Positions 34,901-45,695 of a DNA stretch of 64,000 nt are shown here, piece after piece; position 1 is the first letter of the stretch; the number at the start of each line of letters is the position of its first letter. The notes under the pieces were generated by a model that made no database searches, was not told the DNA's origin, and saw only the letters and a list, made by a program, of their open reading frames with translations. Source of the DNA: an uncultured delta proteobacterium (GTDB lineage: Bacteria; Desulfobacterota; Desulfobacteria; Desulfobacterales; Desulfosalsimonadaceae); contig CAWGYD010000006.1 in assembly GCA_963826785.1 (NCBI GenBank), positions 512,001 through 576,000 on the forward strand, read 5' to 3'. A program made the position numbers and the translations under genes.

Positions 34901-34930
34901 ATCCCCCCTTGAGGGGGGCAGGGGGGTGTC
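34901..34930. repeat. Solitary copy of REP-like G/C palindrome
   Basis: ATCCCCCCTTGAGGGGGGCAGGGGGGTGTC, same family as the array at 62116-62396. Confidence 0.8.
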
Positions 34931-34944
34931 CTCCCCGAATTGCC

Positions 34945-35850
34945 TCAATCTCCCGCATCCGGAGCCGGGTGAAAGTAACGTGTCCGAATCCGGTAATAAT
35001 TGCGCAGCAGAAACATCATCGGCCGCCGGAAGGGGTAAATTTTTTTGGGAAAAAAGGTCAGCTTGTTCAACGATTCAAAGCCGTCGATCATGCGCTTTGC
35101 ATCCCACGCGATGGTCCTGCCGGACTGGTCAAATCCCCAGGTATTGAATCTGTCCGCCAGTTTCTGGCTGCGCATCTCCGCTTCAAAATGAAGCGGCCCC
35201 GGGATGACCAGCGGCTTCATATCGGATGCTTCACGGACGGCGGCGGCCGCCTCTTCCCGCAGTCTCTTGCGGCCCTCGGCCAGGTAAGCTGCCGTGTCTC
35301 TGCCGGCATTATAGGTTTGTTTCTTCTTGTCCACCACCACCGACCGGGCCCACGGCAGAACCGCAAGCGCCTGTTTCACCGCGATATCCTCACCGGAAAC
35401 AAAGCCCACGGGGATATTGAATTCCCCCAGGTAGCCGCCGTAAATATCCATTTCACAGGCGATCTTCCCGTTGATGCGCATCTCCGAGAAAATGCCGTAA
35501 TGGGTGTGGGGGAAAAACGCATCCGGCGTCCCGGCGGCTGCGTGAATGGCCACATAGAGCACCAGGTCATAAGTCGACACCGGCCCGTACAGGGTCGGCT
35601 TCACGTAATGTCCGCCCACGTACCGCGCCCGGCGGTCCAGCGCCTTGACGATGCAGTTGAACCCCATCTCGTGGGTGTCCTTGACGGTCACCGACGTGGC
35701 CCCGCCGTTAAACGCCCCGGCAATCACATGGTTGACGTCCTCGGTCAGGCACTCCCGGCCATACTGCCACTGGCGTGTCCCCACCCGGCACTGCCGCATT
35801 CGCCAGATGCCGAAACTCCCTTCAATGTCCGCAAAGACCGCAACGTTCAT
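34945..35850 (-). CDS. M55-family (DppA-like) metallo-D-aminopeptidase
   Basis: ADIEG, DVNHVIAGAF, VKDTH, HAAAG, HT, VSGED. Confidence 0.8.
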   Translation of the reverse strand: MNVAVFADIEGSFGIWRMRQCRVGTRQWQYGRECLTEDVNHVIAGAFNGGATSVTVKDTHEMGFNCIVKALDRRARYVGGHYVKPTLYGPVSTYDLVLYVAIHAAAGTPDAFFPHTHYGIFSEMRINGKIACEMDIYGGYLGEFNIPVGFVSGEDIAVKQALAVLPWARSVVVDKKKQTYNAGRDTAAYLAEGRKRLREEAAAAVREASDMKPLVIPGPLHFEAEMRSQKLADRFNTWGFDQSGRTIAWDAKRMIDGFESLNKLTFFPKKIYPFRRPMMFLLRNYYRIRTRYFHPAPDAGD

Positions 35851-35913
35851 AAAATGATTTCCAGATAAATATTGACATCAGGGGCAAGGCATATAAAGGT
35901 AAAAGTATCGATA

Positions 35914-35922
35914 TGTTATAAT
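35914..35922 (+). promoter_or_regulatory. Extended -10 promoter element
   Basis: TGTTATAAT (TGnTATAAT) ~50 bp upstream of DedA-like gene. Confidence 0.45.
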
Positions 35923-35972
35923 AGAAATAGCAGCCTGAAGCAGACAAATCAAGGAGAAAGAATGGACACCCG

Positions 35973-36416
35973 GTGACCGCCTACCTCAGCCTGTTTGCCA
36001 CGGCCTTTCTGGCCGCCACCATCCTGCCCGCCTATTCCGAGGTGATGTTTGCGGGGATGCTGGCCGCCGGGTATGATCCGCTGGCCCTGTGGGGCTGGGC
36101 CACGGCCGGAAATACCCTGGGGGCGGCGGTCAACTGGCTGCTGGGGCGCTATCTTTTGCAATTCCAGGACCGGAAATGGTTTCCCTTCAAGACGGCTAAC
36201 CTGCACCGGGCCCAAGCCTGGTTTCAGCGGTTCGGGGTGTGGTCCCTGCTGTTTGCGTGGCTGCCTGTGGGGGGAGATGCCCTGACCTTTGTCGCCGGGA
36301 TCATGCGGGTGCGCTTTGCCGTCTTTTTTGCCCTCACCGGCATCGGCAAGGGGGTGCGCTATGCCATTCTGCTGGGGCTCATCCGGGGATTCGGACGAAT
36401 TTTCGGGATGGGATAA
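35973..36416 (+). CDS. YqaA/DedA-family (VTT domain) membrane protein
   Basis: AFLAATILPAYSE, GNTLG, LLFAWLPVGGD, GKGVRY. Confidence 0.85.
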   Translation: MTAYLSLFATAFLAATILPAYSEVMFAGMLAAGYDPLALWGWATAGNTLGAAVNWLLGRYLLQFQDRKWFPFKTANLHRAQAWFQRFGVWSLLFAWLPVGGDALTFVAGIMRVRFAVFFALTGIGKGVRYAILLGLIRGFGRIFGMG

Positions 36417-36460
36417 AGAAGCAAAATTTTACAGGTCCATCATAAACTGAGAGAATTTCA

Positions 36461-36664
36461 ATGAGCACATGGACGTTGATATGGGGCGTGATTTTTGGGT
36501 CCATCGGCCTTGGCTTTTTTGTTTACGGCAAAAAACAAAAAGCGGTGATTCCGTTTTTCAGCGGCATCGGGCTGATGGTCTTTCCATATTTTATTTCAAA
36601 TAATTATATACTGGTCCTTTCCGGCGTCGTTCTGATGGCGCTGCCCTACTTCATCAGAATGTAA
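36461..36664 (+). CDS. Small conserved membrane protein
   Basis: FGSIGLGFFVYGKKQ...LMVFPYF; hydrophobic helices. Confidence 0.7.
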   Translation: MSTWTLIWGVIFGSIGLGFFVYGKKQKAVIPFFSGIGLMVFPYFISNNYILVLSGVVLMALPYFIRM

Positions 36665-36707
36665 TACCAATTTGCATTCAAGCGCCAGGGAGCCCGGAAG
36701 CGCCGCC

Positions 36708-37306
36708 CTACAAATTTGCGCCCAGGCCGCCTTTGCTTTTTCAATCAACGCGGCATCATTGCGGGCTGCGTTCCGGTCCACTTCGGCACCGTAGTGATGG
36801 ATGAATTCGATGTTTGCTGCGCCCAGCGACAGCGGGATGACGTGGAGCCACTCGTTTAAGTGGTCATAGAGTTGCGGGAGCATCTGCGGGGGGTCGGCAT
36901 CCCCCCGGGAAAGGACGATGATGAATTTCTTTCCGGCGGGAAATTCGAACCGGATAAATTCCTTTCCGGTCTGCGGGTCCGTGCCGGATTCCATGAAGCA
37001 GTAGAGGCGGTCCACCAGCATTTTAAACTGCGCGCTGACGTGAAACCAGTAGACCGGCGTTCCCAATACGATGGCGTCATAATCTTTGAGTTCGGACAAC
37101 AGCCCCGAAAGATCATCCTTTTGAACGCACCGGCCCGGATGCTTTTTGCATCCCTCGCACCCCCGGCATCCATGGATGTCATGCTCCCTTAAGTTGACCA
37201 TCCGCGTTTCGGCCCCCTTTGCGGCGGCCCCTTCCAATACCGATTCGACCAGCGTCTGGGTGTTGCCCCCTTTTCTGGGGCTGGCATTGATTCCAATGAC
37301 TTTCAT
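36708..37306 (-). CDS. Iron-sulfur flavoprotein / flavodoxin-family protein; likely 3' frameshift ~36722 with true stop TAG at 36708
   Basis: INASPRKGGNT, CRGCEGC..C, GTPVYW, KMLVDR; as given it runs into the opposite gene to 36596. Confidence 0.85.
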
Positions 37307-37738
37307 GTTTAAGTTCTCTCCTCTATTATTTCGTTTGTCGTTAAAGGCGTATGCGCACCATTCGTGTTTTTCAAATATACCATACATGGCCGCCTTCCGG
37401 CAGGGTTTTCCACTCAGGCACTCTGTTTTTTATGCATAGGCTTTAAAATATCTTGCAATTTATCGCAGATGCGTGTAATAAAATACGTTTATCAAAAGTG
37501 TAAGCGTCAAACCGTAACCCGATAATCCGAAACCCGGTCGATATCACCCTTCCCGGGTTCCTGACGGCAATCCCGCCTGTTTTTACTCCATACCGGCTGA
37601 AGGCCCGCACGAATTCGGAAAAAAAACAGTATCCGGAAAGCGCCGGCATTTGAGGCGGTATCACCGAAAAAATTTTACCGGCCGGACTTTACCCTCCCTT
37701 GTCCAAGCCGTATCCTAAAAATGAAAGAAGAGATTTTG

Positions 37739-39538
37739 ATGTCAACACATGAACATGAATCCATAGCATTTCGTGATTTTTCCCTGCCTCCCCAGCTGCT
37801 TGCGGCATTAAATGACGTGGGGTACGAAGTGCCCACCCCCATTCAGGAAAAGACGATCCCCATCGTGATGGCCGGGATCGATGTCATCGGGCAGGCCCAG
37901 ACGGGAACGGGAAAAACCGCCGCTTTTGCGCTGCCGATCCTCTCCCGGATCGACCTGGGCCGGCCCACGCCCCAGGCCCTGATCCTCACCCCCACGCGGG
38001 AACTGGCCATCCAGGTGTCCGAAGCCTTTCACCGGTATGCCGCCCATCTTGCCGATTTCCGGGTGCTGCCCATTTACGGCGGCCAGGATTACAGCGGCCA
38101 GCTTCGCCGCTTGAAGCGGGGGGTGCACGTGGTGGTGGGGACGCCCGGACGGGTGATGGATCACATGCGCCGGGGAACGCTTCGGCTCGATGCCGTCAAC
38201 TGCCTGGTGCTCGACGAGGCGGACGAAATGCTGCGCATGGGCTTTATCGATGATGTGGAGTGGATACTGGACCAGACGCCGGCCGGCCGGCAGATCGCCC
38301 TGTTTTCAGCGACCATTCCCGCTCCCATCCGGAAAATCGCCAAGAAGTATATGCGCGACCCGGAGCAGATCACCATCAAGGGCGAAACCATGACGGTTGC
38401 GGCCACCCGGCAGCGGTTCCGGGTGGTGGGCGAGCACCACAAACTCGATGCACTGACCCGTATCCTGGAGGTGGAGCCGTTCGAGGGGGTGCTCATTTTC
38501 GTGCGCACCAAAACCGCAACACTGGAGCTTTCGGAAAAACTGGAAGCCCGGGGGTATCCGTGTGCGGCGCTGAACGGGGATATCGTCCAGGTCCGGCGGG
38601 AGCAGATCATTTCCCAGTTGAAAGACGGCCGCCTCGATATCGTGGTGGCCACCGACGTGGCCGCCCGGGGGCTCGATGTCGATCGGGTCAGCCATGTGAT
38701 CAACTATGATGTGCCCAACGAGACCGAAGCCTATGTCCACCGGATCGGCCGCACGGGGCGTGCCGGGCGCAGCGGTGAGGCCATCCTGTTCGTCACTCCG
38801 CGGGAGCGGCGGATGCTGTCTGCCATCGAAAAGGTCACCCGGCAGAAGATCGAGGAACTGGAGCTGCCCACCAGTGAAATGATCAACGACACCCGGATCG
38901 CCCGGTTCAAGGAACAGATCACCGACACGCTGTCCAAAAACGACCTGGGGTTTTTTGTGGACATGATGGACCAATACCGGCAGGAGCATGATGTTCCGGC
39001 AATCAACATTGCCGCGGCCCTGGCCCGGATCGTCCAGGGGGACAACCCGCTGCTCATGCCGCCGGACACCCGGGAAAAACCCGCCGGCAAGAAGAGCCAA
39101 AGAGACGCAAAATCGGTATTTGTCGAGAAGAAGCCCCGGAAGGAAAAGCCGTTCCCGTCGACCCGGCGCCCGGGCCGGTCAGACGCGGATAAGGAGCCCT
39201 TCCGCATCGAAGTCGGCCATCTTCACGGGGTAAAGCCCGGCAACATCGTCGGGGCGATCGCCAACGAGGCGGGTCTCGATGCGGCCGACATCGGCCGGAT
39301 CAACATCGAAGACGAGTTTTCCACCGTGGAACTGCCCGCCGGCATGCCCGCCGAAATCTTTTCGCGTTTGAAAAAGGTGTGGGTGGTCGGCCGACAGCTC
39401 AATATCTCCAAGTCCGGGGCACCCGGCCCGGCCAGGAAGCCAAGGACCGCCGCCGGTGCACCGCAAAAGCCGGTCCGGACCGACCGCAAAGGGAAAAAAT
39501 CACGCGAAGCCAGGCGGCTGAGAAGACAGGGGGAGTAA
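37739..39538 (+). CDS. deaD: ATP-dependent RNA helicase DeaD (alt start 37721)
   Basis: AQTGTGKT, PTRELA, DEADEML, SAT, ARGLD, HRIGRTGR; GVKPGNIVGAIANE C-terminal domain. Confidence 0.93.
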   Translation: MSTHEHESIAFRDFSLPPQLLAALNDVGYEVPTPIQEKTIPIVMAGIDVIGQAQTGTGKTAAFALPILSRIDLGRPTPQALILTPTRELAIQVSEAFHRYAAHLADFRVLPIYGGQDYSGQLRRLKRGVHVVVGTPGRVMDHMRRGTLRLDAVNCLVLDEADEMLRMGFIDDVEWILDQTPAGRQIALFSATIPAPIRKIAKKYMRDPEQITIKGETMTVAATRQRFRVVGEHHKLDALTRILEVEPFEGVLIFVRTKTATLELSEKLEARGYPCAALNGDIVQVRREQIISQLKDGRLDIVVATDVAARGLDVDRVSHVINYDVPNETEAYVHRIGRTGRAGRSGEAILFVTPRERRMLSAIEKVTRQKIEELELPTSEMINDTRIARFKEQITDTLSKNDLGFFVDMMDQYRQEHDVPAINIAAALARIVQGDNPLLMPPDTREKPAGKKSQRDAKSVFVEKKPRKEKPFPSTRRPGRSDADKEPFRIEVGHLHGVKPGNIVGAIANEAGLDAADIGRINIEDEFSTVELPAGMPAEIFSRLKKVWVVGRQLNISKSGAPGPARKPRTAAGAPQKPVRTDRKGKKSREARRLRRQGE

Positions 39539-39569
39539 ACCCCGGATCTTGAGGGCACCATGAGCGCCC

Positions 39570-41126
39570 CTAAGGGGCGGCAACCGCGGATGAGGCGCTG
39601 ATCCAGTCCGGCGGGGCGGTCAGGTCGATGTGGAACACCGCTGTTCCCAGGTAGTAGAACAATAACGTGACCAGGACCGCGCCCACCAGGTTGATCAGTA
39701 TCCCGGCCCGGGCCATCTCGGAAATCCGCAGGCGGCCGCTTCCGAACACAATGGCATTGGGCGGGGTGGCCACCGGCATCATGAAAGCGCAGGATGCGGA
39801 AATGGTGGCCGGGACCATCAGCAGCAGCGGATGGACCTTGAGCCCCACGGCCACCGCTGCAAGGATGGGGAGCAGCATTTCCGTGGTGGCGGTGTTGGAG
39901 GTCAACTCCGTCAGGAAGGTGACCATCAGGCACAGGATGATGATCATCAAAAGGACCGGCACCCCCGACAGGCCGGCAAATTCCTGGCCGATAAGGGTGG
40001 ACAGCCCGGTGGACTGAAATCCTTTGGCCAGCGCAAACCCCCCGCCGAACAGCAGAACGATCCCCCAGGGCAAACGCAAGATCAGGCCGGCATCGGCCAG
40101 GGCGGCACTCTCCGCGTTTTTCGAGGCAGGCAGCAGAAACAGGATCAGGGCCATGGTCAGGGCCACGCTGCCGTCATCGATCATCTCCGGGTAGGGCATA
40201 AAGGCCGACCATCCGGGGATCGCCACCACCCCCAGTTCGATTTTTTCCCGAAATACCCATAAGAGCGCGGTCAGCGCAAATACGATCAGCACCATTTTTT
40301 CTTCATATCCGATGGGACCCAGCCGGCGGTAGGCCTGTTGTGTCAGATGCGGATCCATCCGGAGACCGGCGGCAGGGCGGTAGATGATCTTTGTGAGCAC
40401 CACCCAGATGATGAGCAGCATGGCCACTGTCAGCGGCAGCCCCATGATGATCCACTGCCCGAATGTGATCATCGGGGCCCGGGGAAAGGTGATCTGAAAG
40501 ATCCGCGCAAAAGAGAGGTTCGGCGGGGTCCCCACCAGGGTGGCGATGCCGCCCACCGAACACGCGTAGGCGATCCCCAGCATCAGCGCCACCGTAAAAT
40601 GGTGGGTGTCGTCTTTCCCGAACTCCTCCTCCATTTTATAGACGATGGCCAGTCCGATGGGCATCATCATCACCGCGGTGGCGGTATTGGAAATCCACAT
40701 GGACAGAAAACCGGCAGCAACCATGAATCCCAGCACGATGCGCGACGGCCCGCCGCCGATCATGCGGATGATCGAAAGGGCGATCCGCCGGTGGAGGTTC
40801 CATTTCTCCATGGTCAGGGCGATGATGAAACCGCCGATGAACAGGAAAATGGTGGAGTTGAAATAGACCGGGGCGGTGGACTTGGCCGGCATGATCCCCA
40901 GCAGCGGATAGAAGACCATGGGGACCAGGGCGGTGGCGGCCAGGGGGATGGCCTCTGTGATCCACCACAGGGCCATCAGTGTCGCCACCCCGGCCATCCG
41001 GGTCACCTCGGGATGGCCCGGTGAAAGATCGGTGAAGAGCATGAAGGCCGCACATATCAGCGGCCCCAAAAACAGGCCCGCAGTCTGGGTGCGTGTTCTT
41101 TTCCCGGGTCCGGGATGTTCAGCCAT
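39570..41126 (-). CDS. SLC13/DASS-family anion:Na+ symporter
   Basis: WWITEAIP, SMWISNTAT, LVGTPPN, TELTSNTAT, MPVATPPNAI. Confidence 0.92.
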   Translation of the reverse strand: MAEHPGPGKRTRTQTAGLFLGPLICAAFMLFTDLSPGHPEVTRMAGVATLMALWWITEAIPLAATALVPMVFYPLLGIMPAKSTAPVYFNSTIFLFIGGFIIALTMEKWNLHRRIALSIIRMIGGGPSRIVLGFMVAAGFLSMWISNTATAVMMMPIGLAIVYKMEEEFGKDDTHHFTVALMLGIAYACSVGGIATLVGTPPNLSFARIFQITFPRAPMITFGQWIIMGLPLTVAMLLIIWVVLTKIIYRPAAGLRMDPHLTQQAYRRLGPIGYEEKMVLIVFALTALLWVFREKIELGVVAIPGWSAFMPYPEMIDDGSVALTMALILFLLPASKNAESAALADAGLILRLPWGIVLLFGGGFALAKGFQSTGLSTLIGQEFAGLSGVPVLLMIIILCLMVTFLTELTSNTATTEMLLPILAAVAVGLKVHPLLLMVPATISASCAFMMPVATPPNAIVFGSGRLRISEMARAGILINLVGAVLVTLLFYYLGTAVFHIDLTAPPDWISASSAVAAP

Positions 41127-41168
41127 GAGATCACCTGATGATCAATAAAAATTCAAATGATTTCGAAT

Positions 41169-41186
41169 TTGTGTAAAATATCACAT
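41169..41186. promoter_or_regulatory. CRP/Fnr- or Rex-like palindromic operator between DASS gene and kup
   Basis: TTGTGTAAAATATCACAT: 9/10 to TGTGA-N6-TCACA, 11/14 to TTGTGAAn4TTCACAA. Confidence 0.45.
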
Positions 41187-41325
41187 GATGATACATTTTT
41201 GCAAACGGCATGTCGTTGCCTTTTGCATCCGGAAGCGGCCGGTGCCGGGTAAATGTTGCCGGCCGGCCGGATAGTGGCGATATTTTTGAACCTGCAATGG
41301 AAAAAAAAGGGCTGAAGGGAAAAAG

Positions 41326-43270
41326 ATGACGGTTTCCACCGGCGGGACGGACGGAAAAAATCAGAAAGGGGCTGCAGAAGACGAAGTCCCGGCCGTAATC
41401 GACAAGCGGCTGGCCCAGCTCTCACTGGCAGCCCTGGGCGTGGTTTTCGGGGATATTTCCACCAGTCCCATATATGCCCTCCGGGAGTGTTTTCATGGCG
41501 AATACGGAATTACCGTGAGCCCCGGAAATGTCATGGGAATCCTTTCTTTGATGTTCTGGGCGCTGGTGATGATCGTGGGCCTGAAATATCTCATATTCGT
41601 TTTCCGGGCGGAAAACCGGGGGGAAGGCGGGGTGATCGCCTTGACCGCCCTGATCCGGGGGCGGACCGGAATTTCCAGAAATCAGGGTCGGCGTGAGATT
41701 GGGGATCGTGGCCCTGGGGCTTTTTGCGGCATGCCTGCTTTACGGGGACGGAATGATCACCCCGGCCATATCCGTTTTGAGCGCCATAGAAGGCATCGGT
41801 ATCATCACCCCCGTATTCGATCCCTATATCATCCCCCTGACCATTGCCATTCTGCTGGGGCTGTTTCTGATCCAGAGACACGGCACGGCCCGGGTGGGCA
41901 GCCTTTTCGGACCGGTGATCCTGATCTGGCTGAGTTTTCTGGCGGTCACCGGTGCGCTGCAGATTGTTCGCTCTCCACAAGTTTTATCGGCGGTTTTCCC
42001 CTGGCATGCCGTCCGTTTTCTGATGTTCAACAAACTGCAGGGGTTCGTGGTACTGGGCGCTGTTTTTCTGGTGGTCACCGGAACCGAGGCCTTGTATGCG
42101 GATATGGGGCACTTCGGCACCCGGCCGATCCGCCTGACCTGGTTTGTGCTGGTTTTCCCGGCCCTGGTGCTGAACTATTTCGGCCAGGGCGCGCTGCTGC
42201 TGGTTCGCCCCGGGGCGTCATTCCATCCCTTCTATGCCATGGTGCCCGACTGGGCCATGATACCCACGGTCATTCTGGCCACCCTGGCCACCATCATCGC
42301 CTCCCAGGCCGTTATCAGCGGCGCCTTTTCACTGACCCGCCAGGCGATCCAGCTGGGCTATCTGCCGCGCCTGAAAGTCCGGCATACCTCTGTGGCGCAG
42401 ATGGGCCAGATTTACATCGGCCCGGTGAACTGGATGCTTGCGGTCTGCACGATCGCCCTGGTCATCGGCTTTCAGTCCTCCAGCAAGCTTGCCGCCGCAT
42501 ACGGGGTGGCCGTCACCTCCACCATGCTCATCACCTCGACGCTTTTTTTCATCGTGGCCCGCAAGCGGTGGAATTGGCCCCTGGTCTGGGCCGCTCCGCT
42601 GGTCGGCCTCTTTTATCTGGTGGATGCACCGTTCTTTGCCGCCAATATCCTCAAGATTCTTCACGGCGCCTGGTTCCCGCTGGTGATCGGCGCCATATTT
42701 TTCACCATGATGCTGACCTGGTCCAAGGGACGCGGCATACTTGCCGAAAATCTGCGGGTGATGACGCCGCCGGTCCATCAATTTATCGTGGATATCGGCA
42801 GTCACCCGCCCAATAAAATCGATGGAGATGCCGTGTTTCTGAGCGGAAGCCCGTTTGTGGTCCCCGCGGCCCTGGTCAAGAATGTCCGGCACAACCGGGT
42901 AATACACGGCCGAACGGTTCTGCTGCATTTCCGGGTGGAAGACGTTCCCCGGGTGCCGAATCTGGAAAAGATCAGGACCGAAAAACTCGGCGGCGGATTT
43001 CATCGAATGGAGGCCCGCTTCGGTTTTATGGAAAGCACCCAGATCGACACGGTACTGGCGCTGGCGAGGGGGCAGGGCCTGGACCTGAATCCCGAAAAAA
43101 CGAGTTTTTACATCGGCCGGGAGAAGCTGGTCATCGGTGAACCATCCAAAATGGCCCGGTGGCGGACCAACCTGTTTATTTTCATGTCCCGCAATGCCGC
43201 CGATGCCAGCTCCTTTTTCAACCTTCCGCCGGAACAGGTGATCGAAATCGGTGTCCGGATGACGGTCTGA
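41326..43270 (+). CDS. kup: KUP/HAK/KT potassium transporter; frameshift ~41690
   Basis: ALGVVFGDISTSPIYA, GEGG in first frame; YGDGMITPAISVLSA, TGTEALYADMGHF, AAAYGVAV in second. Confidence 0.92.
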
Positions 43271-43305
43271 ACCGGTTTTATCTATTTTTTCAGGAAAATG
43301 CATCC

Positions 43306-43815
43306 ATGAGCGCCTCGCATTCAAACATGATTCTAATCGGCATGCCCGGATCGGGGAAGAGCACCGTCGGGGTGATTCTGGCCAAGCTGATTTCCTTTGA
43401 TTTCATCGACACGGACATCCTGATCCAGAAATCGAAGGGCCGACCCCTGCAGAAAATCGTGGACCGGGAAGGGCCCATGGTTCTGAGGCAAATCGAAGCC
43501 GGCGTGCTGCTGGATCTGAAATGCACCCGGAGCGTCATCTCAACCGGCGGCAGCGCCGTTTACAGCGAGGCGGCCATGGCGCATCTGAAAACGCTGGGCA
43601 CCATCGTCTACCTGAAAGTGGACCTGGATGTGCTCGCCTCGCGGATTCACGACTTTTTCACCCGGGGTCTGGCCCGGCGCCCCGGCCAGAGCCTTTCCGA
43701 CCTGTTTGCCGAACGCGCGCCCCTCTATGCGAAACATGCGGATATGACCATCGACTGCACGAATCTGACCCAGGAAGCGGTCTGCCGAAGCATCATCCTT
43801 CAGGCCGGTTTTTAA
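43306..43815 (+). CDS. aroK: Shikimate kinase
   Basis: LIGMPGSGKSTVG, DTD, ISTGGS, ERAPLY. Confidence 0.85.
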   Translation: MSASHSNMILIGMPGSGKSTVGVILAKLISFDFIDTDILIQKSKGRPLQKIVDREGPMVLRQIEAGVLLDLKCTRSVISTGGSAVYSEAAMAHLKTLGTIVYLKVDLDVLASRIHDFFTRGLARRPGQSLSDLFAERAPLYAKHADMTIDCTNLTQEAVCRSIILQAGF

Positions 43816-43923
43816 GACGGCTGCCATTATCATCCCTTTACGAACATGCCGGATGTATTATGTTCAAATATACACCTGTGCCAAAACAGGGCATGGGGAA
43901 CAACGGTAAAAGGAGGTGCTCTT

Positions 43924-44335
43924 ATGAACAAACTTCTTGTTTTTTTAATATTTGGCTTAGTCGTCGGGCTTGCCGCATCTTCGGCCTGGGCCGGCGCACT
44001 CAACACGGTTGCCCCTGAAGAACTTTCACCGGCCGTATTTTTTGGCTATACCCCCGCAGATCAAGCCAATGCAGCAGGTCATACGGCAGGTCCGTCTGCC
44101 CGAACCGATCAGCAGGCCGGCATGCGGGCGAAAATGAAAACACCGGCCTGTCCCCGGCCGCATTTTTCGGTTATGCGGACCGCAGCTTGGAAGCATTCGA
44201 TCAAGCGCAAGTTAATGATCATGCAGCCAACCTCGAGGTGAAACGAGCCCAAACCAAGGCTCTGAGCTGGCGCCGTCCGCCTTTTTCTACGGATACCCGG
44301 CAGCCGAGGCCAATACCGTCTGCCAAAGCTGCTGA
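43924..44335 (+). CDS. Putative small secreted protein with three LxPxxFF(Y)GY repeats and C-terminal CxxC; requires two frameshift corrections
   Basis: AGGAGG RBS, signal peptide (AWA), repeats seen in three successive frames, ends VCQSC*. Confidence 0.55.
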
Positions 44336-44435
44336 TCCGGTCTAAATTTTTACAAAAACGAGAACCGGAACCGTCTGATAGAATGTGCGACGGATAGTTT
44401 TTTTTAATTGCCGGTTCAAAAAATTCGATACACAT

Positions 44436-44463
44436 CAAAAGGGAAGCCCATGCTTCCCTTTTG
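44436..44463. terminator. Terminator-like hairpin
   Basis: CAAAAGGGAAGC-ccat-GCTTCCCTTTTG. Confidence 0.7.
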
Positions 44464-44580
44464 TGTTATGCGCCCCATAATCACCAGGGAAGATATTTGC
44501 CCAAACGGAATCCGGTCCTTATCGGTTAATTTTGAGAAGAAGTTTTTGAAAAACCGAATCTACACAATGGGGGTGATCAG

Positions 44581-45096
44581 ATGACCGTCGATGAAAAACA
44601 GATCCGCCGGGAACTTGTCTCGCTGCTGGAAGGCGGAAACGCCCACATGGGGTTTGAAGAGGTGGCGGCGGACTTCCCCATGGACCGGATCAATGCCCGG
44701 ACGCCGGCCACACCTTACTCGGCCTGGCATTTTTTAGAACACATGCGGATCGCCCAGAGGGATATCCTTGATTTTATCCGTGACCCGGATTATCGTTCCC
44801 CGGACTACCCGGAAGGGTATCGGCCCCGGGCGGATGCCGTTGCGGGCGAAAAAGAATGGCATCAAACCCTGGATCGGTTCAGAAAAGACCTTTCGGACCT
44901 GGTGGAAATGGCCACAGACCCGAAGACGGATCTTTTCGCGCCGATTCCCCACGCCAAGAACTATACGATTTTCCGGGAACTGCTGGTGGTGGCCGACCAT
45001 AATGCCTATCACCTCGGCGAACTGGCCCTGCTGCGACAGGAACTCAATGCCTGGCCGGAGGACAACCCCTACCTGACCGGAGAAGGGCGTGTTTAA
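44581..45096 (+). CDS. DinB-family protein
   Basis: GGNAH, SAWHFLEHMRIAQ, DHNAYHLG. Confidence 0.85.
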   Translation: MTVDEKQIRRELVSLLEGGNAHMGFEEVAADFPMDRINARTPATPYSAWHFLEHMRIAQRDILDFIRDPDYRSPDYPEGYRPRADAVAGEKEWHQTLDRFRKDLSDLVEMATDPKTDLFAPIPHAKNYTIFRELLVVADHNAYHLGELALLRQELNAWPEDNPYLTGEGRV

Positions 45097-45695
45097 TGGA
45101 AGGGGAAGCTGACACGGAGGCAGCCGTTCATTTGAATGCGGATCAGGCCATATACAGGTATACGATTGACCGGGATGACCGGATCACCGGCGTCAGCGAC
45201 AACTGGCTGGCTTTTGCAGTCGACAATGACGGTGCGGACACCTGCCACCCGGACCGTATCGTGGGGCACCTGCTCTGGAAATTCATAAATGACATCGAAA
45301 CCCGGACCATTTACCGTATGATCCTGGAAACCGTGAGAGTAAAGCAACGCCGGGTTTCCTTCCCTTTCCGATGCGATTCGCCGGACAAGCGCCGCTATTT
45401 TGAAATGACCGTGGTTCCGGAAAAAGAAGCGCATGTTGAATTTTTAAGCCATTTACGAAAAACCAAACCCCGCCCCGCGCTTAAACTGTTTGATGCCAAG
45501 GCCGGCCGTTCGGACGAAAAAATCCGGATCTGCAGCATGTGCAGGAAGATCGAAGTGGCCGAGCATAAGTGGGTTGAAGCGGAAAAGGCGGTTTCATCGC
45601 TGAAGCTGTTGGCGCAGGATCATCTGCCGATCCTGTCCCACGGCATCTGTCTCCTCTGCTTTGATATGGTGCTGTTCCAACTGGATAATGAATGA
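45096..45695 (+). CDS. PAS-like domain protein with C-terminal Cys/His motif
   Basis: IDRDDRITGVSDNW, PFRCDSP, ICSMCRK, SHGICLLC. Confidence 0.65.
   Translation: MEGEADTEAAVHLNADQAIYRYTIDRDDRITGVSDNWLAFAVDNDGADTCHPDRIVGHLLWKFINDIETRTIYRMILETVRVKQRRVSFPFRCDSPDKRRYFEMTVVPEKEAHVEFLSHLRKTKPRPALKLFDAKAGRSDEKIRICSMCRKIEVAEHKWVEAEKAVSSLKLLAQDHLPILSHGICLLCFDMVLFQLDNE

Noticed and set aside
41190..41325. c-di-AMP or c-di-GMP riboswitch upstream of kup
   Set aside because: Hairpins are present but no recognisable consensus of either class
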